Shown here piece after piece: positions 1 to 11,956 of a DNA stretch of 64,000 bases (position 1 is its first letter; each line of letters begins with the position of its first letter). Position numbers and translations under genes: made by a program. Under the pieces are notes generated by a model that saw only the letters and a program-made list of their open reading frames with translations, did not search any database and was not told where the DNA came from. The stretch covers positions 23,788,764 to 23,852,763 of the forward strand of contig NC_068993.1 in NCBI RefSeq assembly GCF_001194135.2, given 5' to 3'. The stretch comes from Octopus bimaculoides. Taxonomy: Eukaryota.

Positions 1-945
1 ATTTCTTTGCTGATACTGGCTTCTAATGAGATGTTACATCCAAGATAAGTGAACTGCTCTACCGACTTCCGTTCTGTCTCAACAATGGTGATGTGGGTCG
101 GGCTGTGCTCTTCCTGAGGAGCTGGTTGTTGTAGGACTTAAGTCTTTTTCAAGCTTACTTCCAGCCTGAAGAGCTGGGCGGCCTCTGCGACAAGTGAAGC
201 ATTATCTGAAAAGAATAATTCCTGGATCAGTTGCTCTTGAGTTTTTGTGTGGGCTTGTAGGCGTCGGGTTTGAAAAGGCTGCCATCTAGACGGTACCTGA
301 TGTAGACACCGTCTGCAGCGTTGAATTTTGCAGTGGCCTGCTTGAGCATCATGCTGAAAAAGATGCTTAAGAGAGTTGGTGGCATCCTGCTTCACGCCGT
401 TTTTGATGGGGAATGGCTCAGATATGTTGCTATTCAGGCGGACTTGTCTTTGTTGGTCTTCATGAAGCTGGATGATTATCGTTAGGAATTTTGGGGGACA
501 GTTTAGGATCTTCCACAGACCTTTCCTGCTCACAGTTTTGAGCGCTTTTGCCAGATCGACAAATGTTACATAAAGTGGTTTGATTTGCTTCTAGCACTTT
601 TCTTGGAGCTGCTTGAGAACGAAAATCATATCTGCTGTGCCCCTGATACTACATTGGCTTTCTGAAAGATGATTTTCGGCGATGGACAGAACAAGTCTGT
701 TAAGGAGTAATCTTGTTAGAACTTGTCCTGCAGTAGAAAGCCGGGTGGAATCCCAGGTAATTTGAGCAGTCTGACTGTCTCCTTTATATTTTCTTTTCCT
801 ACAGTGTAATGATGACAGCATCCCGGAGATCTTGTGGCAGCTTCTCTGTTCCCAGCACACGAGGAACTCGTGGGGTTTAACACGCAGGACAGGACCCCCA
901 TGCTTCCATATCTCATGTGGCATTCCATCGACTCTTGCTGCCTTT
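1..945 (-). mobile_element. RTE-clade LINE, degenerate reverse transcriptase fragment
   Basis: Minus ORFs 591-923 (LSTAGQVLTRLLLNRL...LSESQC...TADMIFVLKQLQEKC) and 138-533 (GLWKIL-NCPPKFLTIIIQLHEDQ...SEPFPIKNGVKQ) match RTE/BovB-type RT motifs. Broken by frameshifts; runs off the window edge. Confidence 0.9.
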
Positions 946-950
946 CTATA

Positions 951-1700
951 CTAATGCCACTCACTAAATAAGCTTCGATCTTGGAGGATCCGTTTTTCTG
1001 ATCTGCTAATGTTCTTGTTATTATCTAAGTTCCCTTTCCTTGTTTTGTAACTACTGCTTAACAAAGATTTATATTCTGTAGGGTTAAGGACTATGTAACC
1101 AGCAACAATGTGGTCAATACTCTCAGGTTTATCATTGCAACGTCTACACTTTGTGTCTACCTCATTATGTGTGACATTAGCTTGATAGTTCCTGGTGAGG
1201 AAACTCTGATCTTGAGCTGCCGGAATATATCCTTCTGTTTCGGTTTTCAAAGCAACACTTTGCAGCCACTGATGTGTTCGTGTTATATCTACATCAGCCT
1301 CCCCATATTTTTATTGATTATTTTGGAGTTTGCTTTATTTGGTGTTTGTCTTAAGGTGCTAGGGTTGATTTCTTGGTTCTGATTTCCCTCAAGATCCAAT
1401 TTTCAACTTTTCGACCTCAGTTTACTACTTTGCTGGGGGATGTGTCCCTTAATGACCTGCGTGACTAATGATAAGCAGTATAATCTATTTCTAGTTTGCA
1501 TTTTGTATAAAGAATCTATTTTAACCTTACTGGCAAGCAGTGATTCTCTTCACTACTCTAGACAGATTTGTTTCATCAAACTGGAAGGGGTCTGTCTGTT
1601 CTCATTTGGATGAGTTATACTGCGCTGGTCATCAATACAGTACTCACGACCCAGCAGCAATGAGTTAAATATTGTTTTCTTTTTTTTTTATTGCTTGGGA
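951..1700 (-). mobile_element. R4/Dong-like (RLE-clade) non-LTR retrotransposon, C-terminal relic
   Basis: Minus frame reads THQWLQSVALKTETEGYIPAAQDQSFLTRNYQANV...KCRRCNDKPESIDHIVAG, the pre-RLE region plus CxxC-x7-H zinc knuckle typical of R4/Dong. Similarity further upstream is weak, so the right boundary is approximate. Confidence 0.8.
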
Positions 1701-2246
1701 GGTAAAAACACTTCCTTTATCGTATTGTATCAGTACGTTCTCTTACGAGACTTGTGCTTGAGTCTTTTTTCTATCAAATATTTCTATTGTGATTTGTGTC
1801 TGTGTTGTGAATTGTGTTCTTTTGTTGTGCGTCAGCAGTTACTATAAGAGATGGGTCCGTGTGTTCGCTCTGAACTTTTCGACAGAATACCGATTCTGCT
1901 CGTATACTGCGGCGTCTTTCAGATAATAATTGCTGAAATCTCAGAAGACTAAATTCACCACTTTCTTGAAAGATTTATACATGAGCACAGCTGTTTCTTT
2001 CCACAGTCTAAAAAGAAACTAAAGAAAGGTGTTGCAGCTTAAAGACATTTAAATACCGTGCACTCGATGCTTGTTTGTTCTTAGTACGTATGGAGATTAT
2101 AACATGTCAGTGTGTGATTTGTATTAAGAATTATTATACTAGTTGATGTATACCCGAGAGATAGTAATGTGTATATGTGTACTAATAAGAATGCATATAT
2201 ATGATTAGTTCTAGTACTCACAATTCCAAAGGAAATAGTTGCTATA

Positions 2247-2247
<1 letters not shown>

Positions 2248-2291
<44 letters not shown>

Positions 2292-2391
2292 NNNNNNNNN
2301 NNNNNNNNNNNNNNNNNNNNNNNNNNNNNNNNNNNNNNNNNNNNNNNNNNNNNNNNNNNNNNNNNNNNNNNNNNNNNNNNNNNNNNNNNNN

Positions 2392-2435
<44 letters not shown>
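2248..2435. repeat. (TTA)n microsatellite spanning a 100-N gap (2292-2391)
   Basis: Seen directly in the sequence. Confidence 0.98.
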
Positions 2436-2436
<1 letters not shown>

Positions 2437-4104
2437 CGTTAGAGTCGTGAGTTTCTGGTGTCTGTAGAGACATGCTAACGTTCGAAGCGGTTTTTATTCC
2501 GAATTTTTAGTCTCTGAGTCCAAATTCTTGTGACTCAAGCTTTAGTTGTAGCGTTTGATTCACTATTCTTTGACTTCTTTAAATTATTTTACTGTGGCAA
2601 ACAGTGCCGCAGCCATCAATATTGTTTCGAAGAAATCATTAACAGTTGTCATGTTTTACAGTATAGTGTTTAACTCGCACTTAATGCTGAACAGTTAGGT
2701 TACATGAGTCAAACAAAGCAAAAGTGCATGTTTGGTGGTGAGGAGATGAAATGAACCACAGGTATGCACAAGAGAACACCTTCACGAACGAACACACACA
2801 CACTCACACTCTACGCAATTACATCATTACTAATTAGTCCGAATGTGGTTAATTGCCCACTGTGACGCGCGGTAAAACCGTACCCCTCTGGTTGAATCGT
2901 CATACTTACGCTTTAAAGTAAAATAGTTGTTATTTAGTAAGTAGGTTCGACTAATTCCGTCACATTAAATTGCGTTGTGTCTGAATTAGACAGAATTATT
3001 ATTGAAACTTTATTGTTTTTATTATCGTTTTGCTTGTTCTTGTTTCATTCATTTGTACATGAAATATATTCAACCAATATTGAGATTTAGACATATTTTT
3101 CTCCCAGTTGTTATAAAAAGCCTAGATTCTGACAGTAAAAGATTACCAATTATCAATTTATGAAAAGAATGTCCAATATTGGTATATTTCTGCTGGAGAT
3201 TCATTATCAGAAATATCTTTTGATTGATGCAAAGAAGTGAAAACTAGAACATTTCATATAACCATAATAAAAGGTGCAATTCAGCTAGAGATAATTTTGT
3301 TTAATTTTATATCTCTTAAAATCTCTTTGAAGTGCGAGGGAAGAAATTCTGAACAATCTAAATCATACACTAACTTTTTTATAATATATAGGTGTCTACA
3401 TACTCGTATGTTCATACACATTTATATCCAGACATAATTATGCAAGCATATATAAATATATTGTTAATTTTGTTTAGCACATTTCCAGATGCAATACAGT
3501 CTGGAATATATACATATATATATATATATGAATGTAAACATGTCTGTATTCATGTATATCGGCATGCATGTATGGATGGATGTGTATATGAAAGGATATG
3601 AATATGTAAGTATGTTATATCTGTATTTAAGTTTGTTTTCATCTGCAAAATTTAAGACAGTTTGTAACAAAGCGGCAAGACTTTGTTTACACCATCATGT
3701 TCTTGAGATACGTATTGGAGTATGTATGTACGTGCGCGCGACGATAAATAATAATGGGAACTTTATTATTTTTTCTGCATATGTGCGTGTTTTTAGTATC
3801 GTATTTTCGCATGCGATTGTGAGCATGTTTTTTTTTTAGACAGGGCATCTCAAATGGAAAATCTCTGAAATGATTTAGAAATTTTAACTGCATAATTAAT
3901 CAACTGTATTTGCTGAATACGACTAGAGTATTTTGCCTTTTCTTAGAGAGTTCCAAAATTTCTGGGCCTTTATGCATGTAATATAAATCAGTGTGTCTAT
4001 GATAATAGCTACAAATGAAAATGCATGATGTGGTTATAAAGACTGTGAAGTTCACATTTGTTCTCTACAGTTGTTTCTTGCTATCCACTGTTCGATATAA
4101 TATT

Positions 4105-4318
4105 AGTTTGAGATTTTGGCACAAGGCCAGCAAATTCAGAGTAGGGGAAAATCGATTTCATTGTTCCTAGTAATCAACCGGTACTTATTTGATCGACACT
4201 GGAAGGAAGAAAAACAATGTCGACCGCGGTGGAATTTGAACACAGAACGGGTAAATGTACGAGATGCTGCTGTGCACTTTGCTCCGCGTGCACACGTTTC
4301 TGCTAGCTCGCTGCTTAA
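4105..4318 (-). mobile_element. tRNA-headed SINE family A (GTCGACTTTGCCTTTCATCCTTTCGGGGTCGATAAA core)
   Basis: Reverse complement aligns by eye with the plus-strand copies at 27751 and 46140 (head GCAGCGAGCTAGCAGAAAC, B-box-like GTTCAAATTCC, tail GGCCTTGTGCC). Confidence 0.85.
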
Positions 4319-6989
4319 TGTACGAAATAATACTGATATATGACGAAATTTCGATTTCTACAACACTTGAAGTTTGTTCCATATTCTCTTAAGCAATATC
4401 TGACTTAGTAATGTTCCACCGATATTTGATTTAAAGTAATGCTACACCTGAATTGTTTTCCTTTTTTAAACTTCGGATTTATTATGTCTTTTATGTTTCT
4501 TTGATATAACGATCAGGACAAAACTTCCTGCGGATGGTATTACAGATCCTTTTAGTATTAATTTCACGTCTCAGCAGGAAGTTTTGTTTAGGGGACATTT
4601 CTACGCATCTGTTTATGAATGTAGATGATATCTCTCACTCAAATACGCCATAACGTGAAAGGTTGAAAGGTATCCACATCTCTGCTGTTGAGTAGTTATT
4701 CAGTGGCTGTCTTTTCTTGTATAGCAAAAGTGTGATCTATATGAGATGTTATATAGATCTATTACAGCTAAAATACATGCTACTATTGCTGTTATGATGA
4801 TGATATTATGTAGCTTGTAAGATATGCATCCGGGCATCAATTTATGTTGGTCTTATAAGTGTCTATCTAAGTAGGTCAGTCCAGCCAACCTAGGTTTTCG
4901 TGAACCTCTTGTAAATGAGAATATTCATTCATAAGTTCATTTTATTTCATGGTGTTATAATTTTCGCTTTTCACCACACGGGAGATGTACCATCCTATTT
5001 AGCAGGTGTTGCTGATGTGATACGATAGAGTAATCAAAAAGTAACTGGGGAAACTTTATGACCCTGTTACTGTAGCTGTGTAAATTACTTATAGATTTTA
5101 ATATCTTCCTGGTAATGATCTCTAAGTCGCGAAGTTTTTCGATTGTTCACTGTAGTAGTTTCGTATTCCAAATGTTTCCAGCAGAATTATTAACAAAACG
5201 AAGAGATTGCGAGTCATGGAACTGTTGAATGTAGACAGATCTGATATTTATTCCTTCCAAGGTCTGCTGCCGTAGTCTCTTGTCATTCTAGATTACTCAC
5301 AGTATGCAATATTCCCATCAGTTCGAAGGTATTTCCATCATTCATCACCGAAAATAGATTAGATAAACAATTTTTCTTTCTTTGAGTATCAAATATGAAT
5401 ACATATAATTAAACAAACTTCATTTCTAAGTTTCACGGGAAGTTTGGCCCCAATTTTGATACTGGCTGTTGTGAATATTTCTTGGAATAGCTTAAATACA
5501 TGAACGAAATAGGCGTAATTCGCATTAATTCTTTCTCTTCTAGAGATCAAATAGGATAACCTTTGCATATAATTAGCAGTGCTAACAAGGATTTCAGCAG
5601 AGAGGCAATGAACACTTGTTTATGAGTGTGTGTTTGATTGTGTGTGTGTGCGTGTGATGTGTGGTCTGTGGGTGTGGGTGTGTGTATGTGTGTGTGTTGT
5701 CAATATCAGAGACATTTTGCCTTTGTACATGTTCCCTATGTTTCCTGTTGTATCTATATACACTCTCTTTCTTACCAAAGACATGGCATTTCCAGGAATA
5801 TTTTGCCTTTCCCACTGGCTCTCCCTGTCGCTATATATTTCTGTTCCTCTTTCTTTCCCGCCATCGTATTTTCTCTCTATTTTTTTCTTTTTCTTCGTTT
5901 CATTCATTTTATATTTGTCCCATAGTTTTCCTTTGTTCCCTTGTACATTTACATTCTGGAGTCAATAGAAAAAGAGATGGATTTTATAGAATCTGTGATT
6001 AATGTATATCTGTTAATGCTAATGATTATGACTTAATAGTAAATTTTAATTCAGGAGTAGGTAAACCTCGCGGAAATGTGCTCAAAGTGTGCCCATAGAC
6101 AAATATAGCTTTTTTATTTCAGTCTCAAGAAAATGGATACGGTTTATATTTCCATCAATAATATCCCCAGAAAAAAACTACTTGCTAGATGAACACAATC
6201 TTCTTAGCATGACTCTATTGTACTGAGCCATGAGCTCTTCTATATTATAAAAAAAATGGTCGTCCATGAAGCCTTCAGCAAAAAGTCCCTGTGCATTGGA
6301 CCAAATAGATATACTATAATTTTAGAGATCTTTTCCCAAATAGACCGAATAAGTAGACATAGGCTTGTGTCTTACAGAAGGGCGCAATAAAATGGAGATT
6401 TCCAGCACTCGGTTGGATAGCAGAACTTAACAACTGAAAGATTACAATTGCCCACTTCTGACTGAAATATTTAATGAACACATCAATTTTGGAGATATGT
6501 AGTTGAATAAAATCTATCAGTTACATCTGGAAATATGACATTTAGGGATTTTACGCTTCGGGATTTATTTCAACGGCAAAACTGGCGCAATGATTTTATG
6601 AATTCCAGCGTTTATCTCCGCCGCTCGTGAAGATAACCCACTGTTTAATAACTTGCTGTCTACACGGAAATTGTTAATGTGTTTTTCTACCGATAGCTAC
6701 CCAGTAAATTGCATAAGTTGTTGAAATCATTTTTTTCATCCCATCTTTAAAATATGACTTCTCTCATAATTTATTTTAAACTCAACTTTAAATTCTGTAT
6801 ATACGAGGATCTGTATGAATCGAAACATTTGTAGCGATTAAAAAGGTGCCTAACCGTACTTGCTCTTCCCTTTGACTCTTTTACTTTTTACTTTTTATTT
6901 TGACACACGGAGAATACCTAAGACTAGAATTGGTAACATACCATAAGAATACTACCGGCTATTTGGGAATTCTAAAGGCGAACGAGCTC

Positions 6990-7440
6990 TATTTGTACTC
7001 TTGGGTAACAAGCATTGAATCCATGTCACCGAAGGCTAGTTAAACATTCAGAAAGAATGACAACCACGTACCAAGGCAGCTGTTATGCAGCGGGCTCACG
7101 TAGAGTTCATGTAAACAGAGGTACGAAGACTCTAGGAAAAGTAACGTCAAATGGATCGGCATTAGCCCACGCAATAGGTCAGCATGAATGTGTTACCCTT
7201 TCCAGGCCTGTTACCTCACGAGCAGCAGCTGTCTTTGAAGAAGACCGGCGACAGTGTCTGGATGCTGCAGCAGAAAGTGCTCACAGGGCAGAATCTATCT
7301 CAGTCCAAATACCAAAATATCGCTGTGACATCTATGGGTCCCTGTGTGCTTCCAGCCTGCGGAAGCACACAGCCTGCGGAGTAACATGCGCTCACATAGC
7401 CGAGAATACATACTTTGACACCATCAAACACCATGGGAAT
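6990..7440 (+). mobile_element. RTE-clade LINE 3' fragment
   Basis: Two frames give NDNHVPRQLL...RYEDSRKSNVKW and RAAAVFEEDRRQCLDAAAESAHRA...YRCDIYGSLCASS, the RTE C-terminus with a decayed C2H2-like motif. It ends in an (AC)n/(AT)n tract. ORF 7015-7539 is therefore not a host gene. Confidence 0.75.
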
Positions 7441-7452
7441 ACCTATTACATA

Positions 7453-7454
<2 letters not shown>

Positions 7455-7535
<81 letters not shown>

Positions 7536-7609
7536 GTAGAGGTAGATATGTATGCATATGTATATGCATGTGTATATCTATGCATTTGTATATGCATATC
7601 TGAGTATAT
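7455..7609. repeat. Compound (AC)n-(AT)n microsatellite preceding gap 7610-8029
   Basis: Seen directly in the sequence. Confidence 0.95.
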
Positions 7610-8029
7610 NNNNNNNNNNNNNNNNNNNNNNNNNNNNNNNNNNNNNNNNNNNNNNNNNNNNNNNNNNNNNNNNNNNNNNNNNNNNNNNNNNNNNNNNNNN
7701 NNNNNNNNNNNNNNNNNNNNNNNNNNNNNNNNNNNNNNNNNNNNNNNNNNNNNNNNNNNNNNNNNNNNNNNNNNNNNNNNNNNNNNNNNNNNNNNNNNNN
7801 NNNNNNNNNNNNNNNNNNNNNNNNNNNNNNNNNNNNNNNNNNNNNNNNNNNNNNNNNNNNNNNNNNNNNNNNNNNNNNNNNNNNNNNNNNNNNNNNNNNN
7901 NNNNNNNNNNNNNNNNNNNNNNNNNNNNNNNNNNNNNNNNNNNNNNNNNNNNNNNNNNNNNNNNNNNNNNNNNNNNNNNNNNNNNNNNNNNNNNNNNNNN
8001 NNNNNNNNNNNNNNNNNNNNNNNNNNNNN

Positions 8030-8175
8030 GTATAAAAATACCATAAACAATTATAAAAAAAAAATAGAGGAGAAAAAGATGCTGAATCAAAATTAGATTT
8101 AATAAAATCTAATTTTAATTTTGATTCAACATCTTTTTCTCTATTTTTCTATAATTGTTTATGGTATTTTTATAC
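8030..8175. repeat. AT-rich imperfect palindrome (long inverted repeat), possibly part of a MITE
   Basis: GTATAAAAATACCATAAACAATTATA (8030-8055) is the exact reverse complement of 8150-8175. Inner arms GAGAAAAAGATGCTGAATCAAAA / TTTTGATTCAACATCTTTTTCTC and TTAGATTT / AAATCTAA also pair. Confidence 0.9.
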
Positions 8176-8824
8176 CTATAACGATATTTCTCAACTACTA
8201 TTTTGATTTTCTTATTACTTGCGCTGGCTGTTTTTTTTTTATGAATATAATCAATCTTTATCAGAAATCAACCTTTCTCTTTTTTTGAACCTCTCAAGAA
8301 GTTTGAATTTTTCTTTTATTGTACTTATTTTGAAAGGGGTTTAAGAATCATTATGAATAAAATGTTATAACTAAAAAAATAAATAAATTTGGAAAGTCGC
8401 AGAAGAATATATTTTAGAAAATTTGTGGTATTTTTGTTGGATTGAGCGATTCAAAATAAAAAGTCTCGATGTGTCGATCTAATTAAATATAAAAAAAAAA
8501 TTGGCGGGAAAATAAATTAGGGGTTAATAGTTTGCAATTATGTTCTTAGTGAAATTTTACTTTAGAGATATATATATTTTGTCTATGTATGTTTGTGGTG
8601 ACGTTTAAGAGTTTATGTTTCAGGAATTCTATTGAATCCCACCCCAAACGTGCATAGATAACACATATATAAGAATATAAGAGAAATATTCCAAAGTAAA
8701 TTTTCACTAAAACATGGGTAAAAACAGTTAACTCCCATTCTCTTAAATTACTCCCAAAAATATTCAACATTCTCTAAAATGTTCTTCTGTTCCTTTTCCA
8801 AATTTATTTACTTTTTCAACTATA

Positions 8825-8875
<51 letters not shown>

Positions 8876-8879
8876 ATAA

Positions 8880-9250
8880 ACCAAGGAATAGAATTCCTTC
8901 AAAGAGGTCTGTAAATCTTCACTGGTACATCAGCTGAATCCCATATAGACAGGGGTATAATGCAAATTAGAAACAAGTGGCTATTCTGTATCTATTAGAT
9001 ACATACGAACGACCTGGACAAATGATTTGCTTTATAGTGATCAAATGTTCGTTCCGCACATTAGCTCACTCTCTCCATCAAATCGACGTTTTCTGAACAC
9101 GTGCACTGTGTATCAAGCACCAGGTGCCGAAGTGATCAGATATCAATACGAGTCGAAGTGTTTGGCTTAGAAACACAACGCACCACCTAATCTTGGAATT
9201 GATCTCTAGTTCACGAGTACAGCACCCTAAGCACCAGGCCATGCACCTTC
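8880..9250 (-). mobile_element. tRNA-headed SINE family C (GAAGGTGC head), body type 1
   Basis: Minus strand starts GAAGGTGCATGGCCTGGTGCTTAGGGTG (A-box-like) and continues TGCGTTGTGTTTCTAAGCCAAACACTTC. It shares its head with the adjacent copy at 9262-9558. Confidence 0.65.
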
Positions 9251-9261
9251 GTAGCGATTGC

Positions 9262-9558
9262 ACCTAGAAAGTCCTCTTCTGAAGTTCAAGTCCGGTTGAG
9301 GCTGTTTATGGAAGATTGGCAGTCGCCCATGCATAACAGCCTACCTTCTACACGCCACGGATGTTAACAAAGGGAAAAACAAAGGCCGTTACAGCTAGAC
9401 CCCCAGTGACGTTGCAAACCTCTTCTACAGCTGAGTGAACTTCATCAACATAAAATGAAGCGTCTTGCTCAAGAATAAAATACAGCCCGCACCGAGTATT
9501 GAATTCACTACTTTGTGATAGTGTGCGCAATGCTCTAAGCCCCGAGTGATGCGCCTTC
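9262..9558 (-). mobile_element. tRNA-headed SINE family C, body type 2
   Basis: Minus strand GAAGGCGCATCACTCGGGGCTTAGAGC...GAATTCAATACTC...TTCTTGAGCAAGACGCTTCATTT...CACTCAGCTGTAG. The head resembles the 8880-9250 copy but the body differs. Confidence 0.65.
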
Positions 9559-9562
9559 ACTA

Positions 9563-9604
<42 letters not shown>

Positions 9605-10229
9605 CACACACATATTAGAGAGAGAGACAGTTAGAGAGACAGAGCAAGAGAAAGAGGGTGGAGGAGAACATGTAATACAGACGAAGAATTTCAATTTCCA
9701 CTTTTCAAAAGCAAGCAATGAATTTAGATAGTGCTATTGAAAGAGAATGTAGAGTAAACATCTATGTTGCCATGTTTATTTTTCTCATTAATTATACCAT
9801 TATACGAGTGATGAGCGATGAAATTTAAACTTCCTATTGTGAGACACACATGTTAATCCGATTGCAGGACAATGATATCTTGTAGGTCATAGTAAATTCA
9901 GAAGCTTCAGTACCTAAAGAACCAAGGTATTTCAGATACTTTTCTTCGTGCCGCTAAAATTGTGGCAACAATCTATTCTGCTTCATGTTTGTCACAAATA
10001 TTGCGATGAACTTACTCTATATTTAAAACTTTAAAGTCAACGGAGGTTCCCTATCAAGGATACAAATACGAAATCAAACATGCATCTCTCATCGCTATGT
10101 CGAAGAATATTAATTAATATGCTACCTTTCTGAACTGAACTGCACTGAATAATCTAATGAACAAAAGTTTGAAACAACCATCGTATGTCAATAGACTTTA
10201 CGAATGACAACAGTTGCAAAATCACTTCA

Positions 10230-10880
10230 GACAGCCAACAGATAGTTAATACATTTCTGATGTCAACTGCCATGTTTTTTTCTCAAAATCTCGAGAGTGG
10301 AGATTTCTTCCGACTGCAATTCCGCCATTGTGCTAGCTACTCTAAACACAGAAGATAAAATAACAGACGAATTCATGGTAATGTTTTTTCTCGAAACCGA
10401 CGCAAATGCCACTAGAATCTTCAAGTTTACCACCACTAAGACTTTGGGTAAAGAAAACTTCGGATAAAGAATAAATCTTGATCGTGGCAGCTATGCAGTG
10501 ACAAAAGACTAAAGTTTTATCGCACTCCTTATGCACAATAAAAGAGAGAATGAAATTATGACTAATGTTTCACCCATGCAAATAGGAGCATACTTTTGGT
10601 ATGTAACATTCCGGCTTTCGGAATATATAAGCTTCGCAATGTTAATCAATAAATCCCAAAGCAAATATTGACAGTTCCTTGGCTACATCTAGAGCAATAC
10701 TGCTTTGCTAACGGCTAATTTTGTCAGAAGCTCAACAGTTACAAGACACCGTAATCTGGTTATGCTCTTTCTGGTAAAATGTTATCATTCTCTATCTAGA
10801 GGTACAAACATGTCAATATGCAGATTTTGATGCAGAATACTTTGATGGGTGCATTTTTAAGCCCTCTAAGCAGGGGCCAC
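10230..10880 (+). mobile_element. Probable Ty3/Gypsy RT-RNaseH relic (highly decayed)
   Basis: Hand translation across frames gives LLMHNKRENEIMTNVSPMQIGAYFW (cf. TDAS..GIGAVL), STVTRHRNLVMLF (cf. FTVxTDHxPL) and QYADFDAEYFDG...PLSR (cf. YDFxIEYxxG...ADxLSR), in the correct order. Confidence 0.4.
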
Positions 10881-11259
10881 GAAATCTCAGCATATTATTA
10901 TTATGAACAAGTATTAAAATTGCAATATTGTGACGGGGAAATTCTCTGGAAAATTTGATTTATACACTCTAAAATATTTTCTTTTCAATCCACATTGTGT
11001 TTCTATTATATATAAATGTTTTTCAAAGAAATTAAGGAGATCAACTATAGAATATTAATTAAATTATGAAATAGTTTATTAAGCAAGAGGCTACTCTGTA
11101 TATACCAGATAACAATACATACATACATGATGGTGGTTGTCGATATGTTAATCAAGTATAACTCAACAGCAGCACTGGGCAGAGTAATATACACATAGCC
11201 AACAAATGTGTTGAAAACCAGCAACATACAAATTCGCTGTTAAAATGGAGCTAAATATT

Positions 11260-11940
11260 TACAGTCTAAAACTACTAGAAGATGGATAGAGATTGTCTAC
11301 GTGATGCGTGACCCGAAATGACTTTTTTAGTCCATCAAGAAATTTACAGATTCTCCAAAACAGTCGATTTGAAAATGCTTGAGTTTGCTGGAAATAGATT
11401 TTACTAAGATACCCTTGTGCCTTGGCATCATAGATTTACTTCTGCATACCTTATTTGTAAACAGAGTAAAGAAGGGATGGAAGCACACAAGCCCTGTACG
11501 CTGGAACATTTTTGTTTCTTTTTATATCTCCCTTACACTAAACTCACCCTTTAAAGTTTTGAGATGCTTTCTGAACACCGTTCACTTCTTTAACGGAAGA
11601 ACCAACATGATTTAGAACCAGTCCAAGATATGTAGATTTCTCAAAAACATTCCGTTTTGTGTTTTGAAGAAAATCATATGTTCATAATAGATTATTATTA
11701 GTCCAAATACTATACAGGATTCATCAAATTTAAGCTTTAGATATTGTATAGGTCTTTAAATGGGTTGCCCTGTCACAGTCATCTGCACACAATCAATCTC
11801 TACAAACGTAAATCTTTTTGTTTTCGTTGACAACCTTCTCAAATTAAATAATTTACCGATGCTTCGACAATGAACATATTGGTGATATAGAACATCACAA
11901 TAACTGCCCATATGAATGTTAAAAATGTTCTGCCCGATTA
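11260..11940 (-). mobile_element. Older RTE-clade LINE RT fragment
   Basis: Minus frames give GKLFNLRRLSTKTK...LCADDC and VYRACVLPSLLYS, both RTE RT motifs. It lies directly beyond the 3' tail of the larger RTE. Confidence 0.7.
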
Positions 11941-11956
11941 CATTAATTTATGTGCG

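Noticed and set aside
2860-2970. CpG-rich patch plus a strong minus-strand donor (GC|GTAAGT) as a promoter or first exon
   Set aside because: An isolated motif with no partner exon or ORF; not distinguishable from chance.
5300-5360. Minus-strand GTGAGT donor with a short ORF (MNDGNTFELMGILHT)
   Set aside because: No acceptor and no recognisable homology.
6250-6500. Possible Tc1/mariner catalytic relic
   Set aside because: I could not recover DDE-region motifs in any frame.
7015-7539. 174-aa ORF as a host gene
   Set aside because: It is a chimera of RTE C-terminal frames running into an (AC)n tract.
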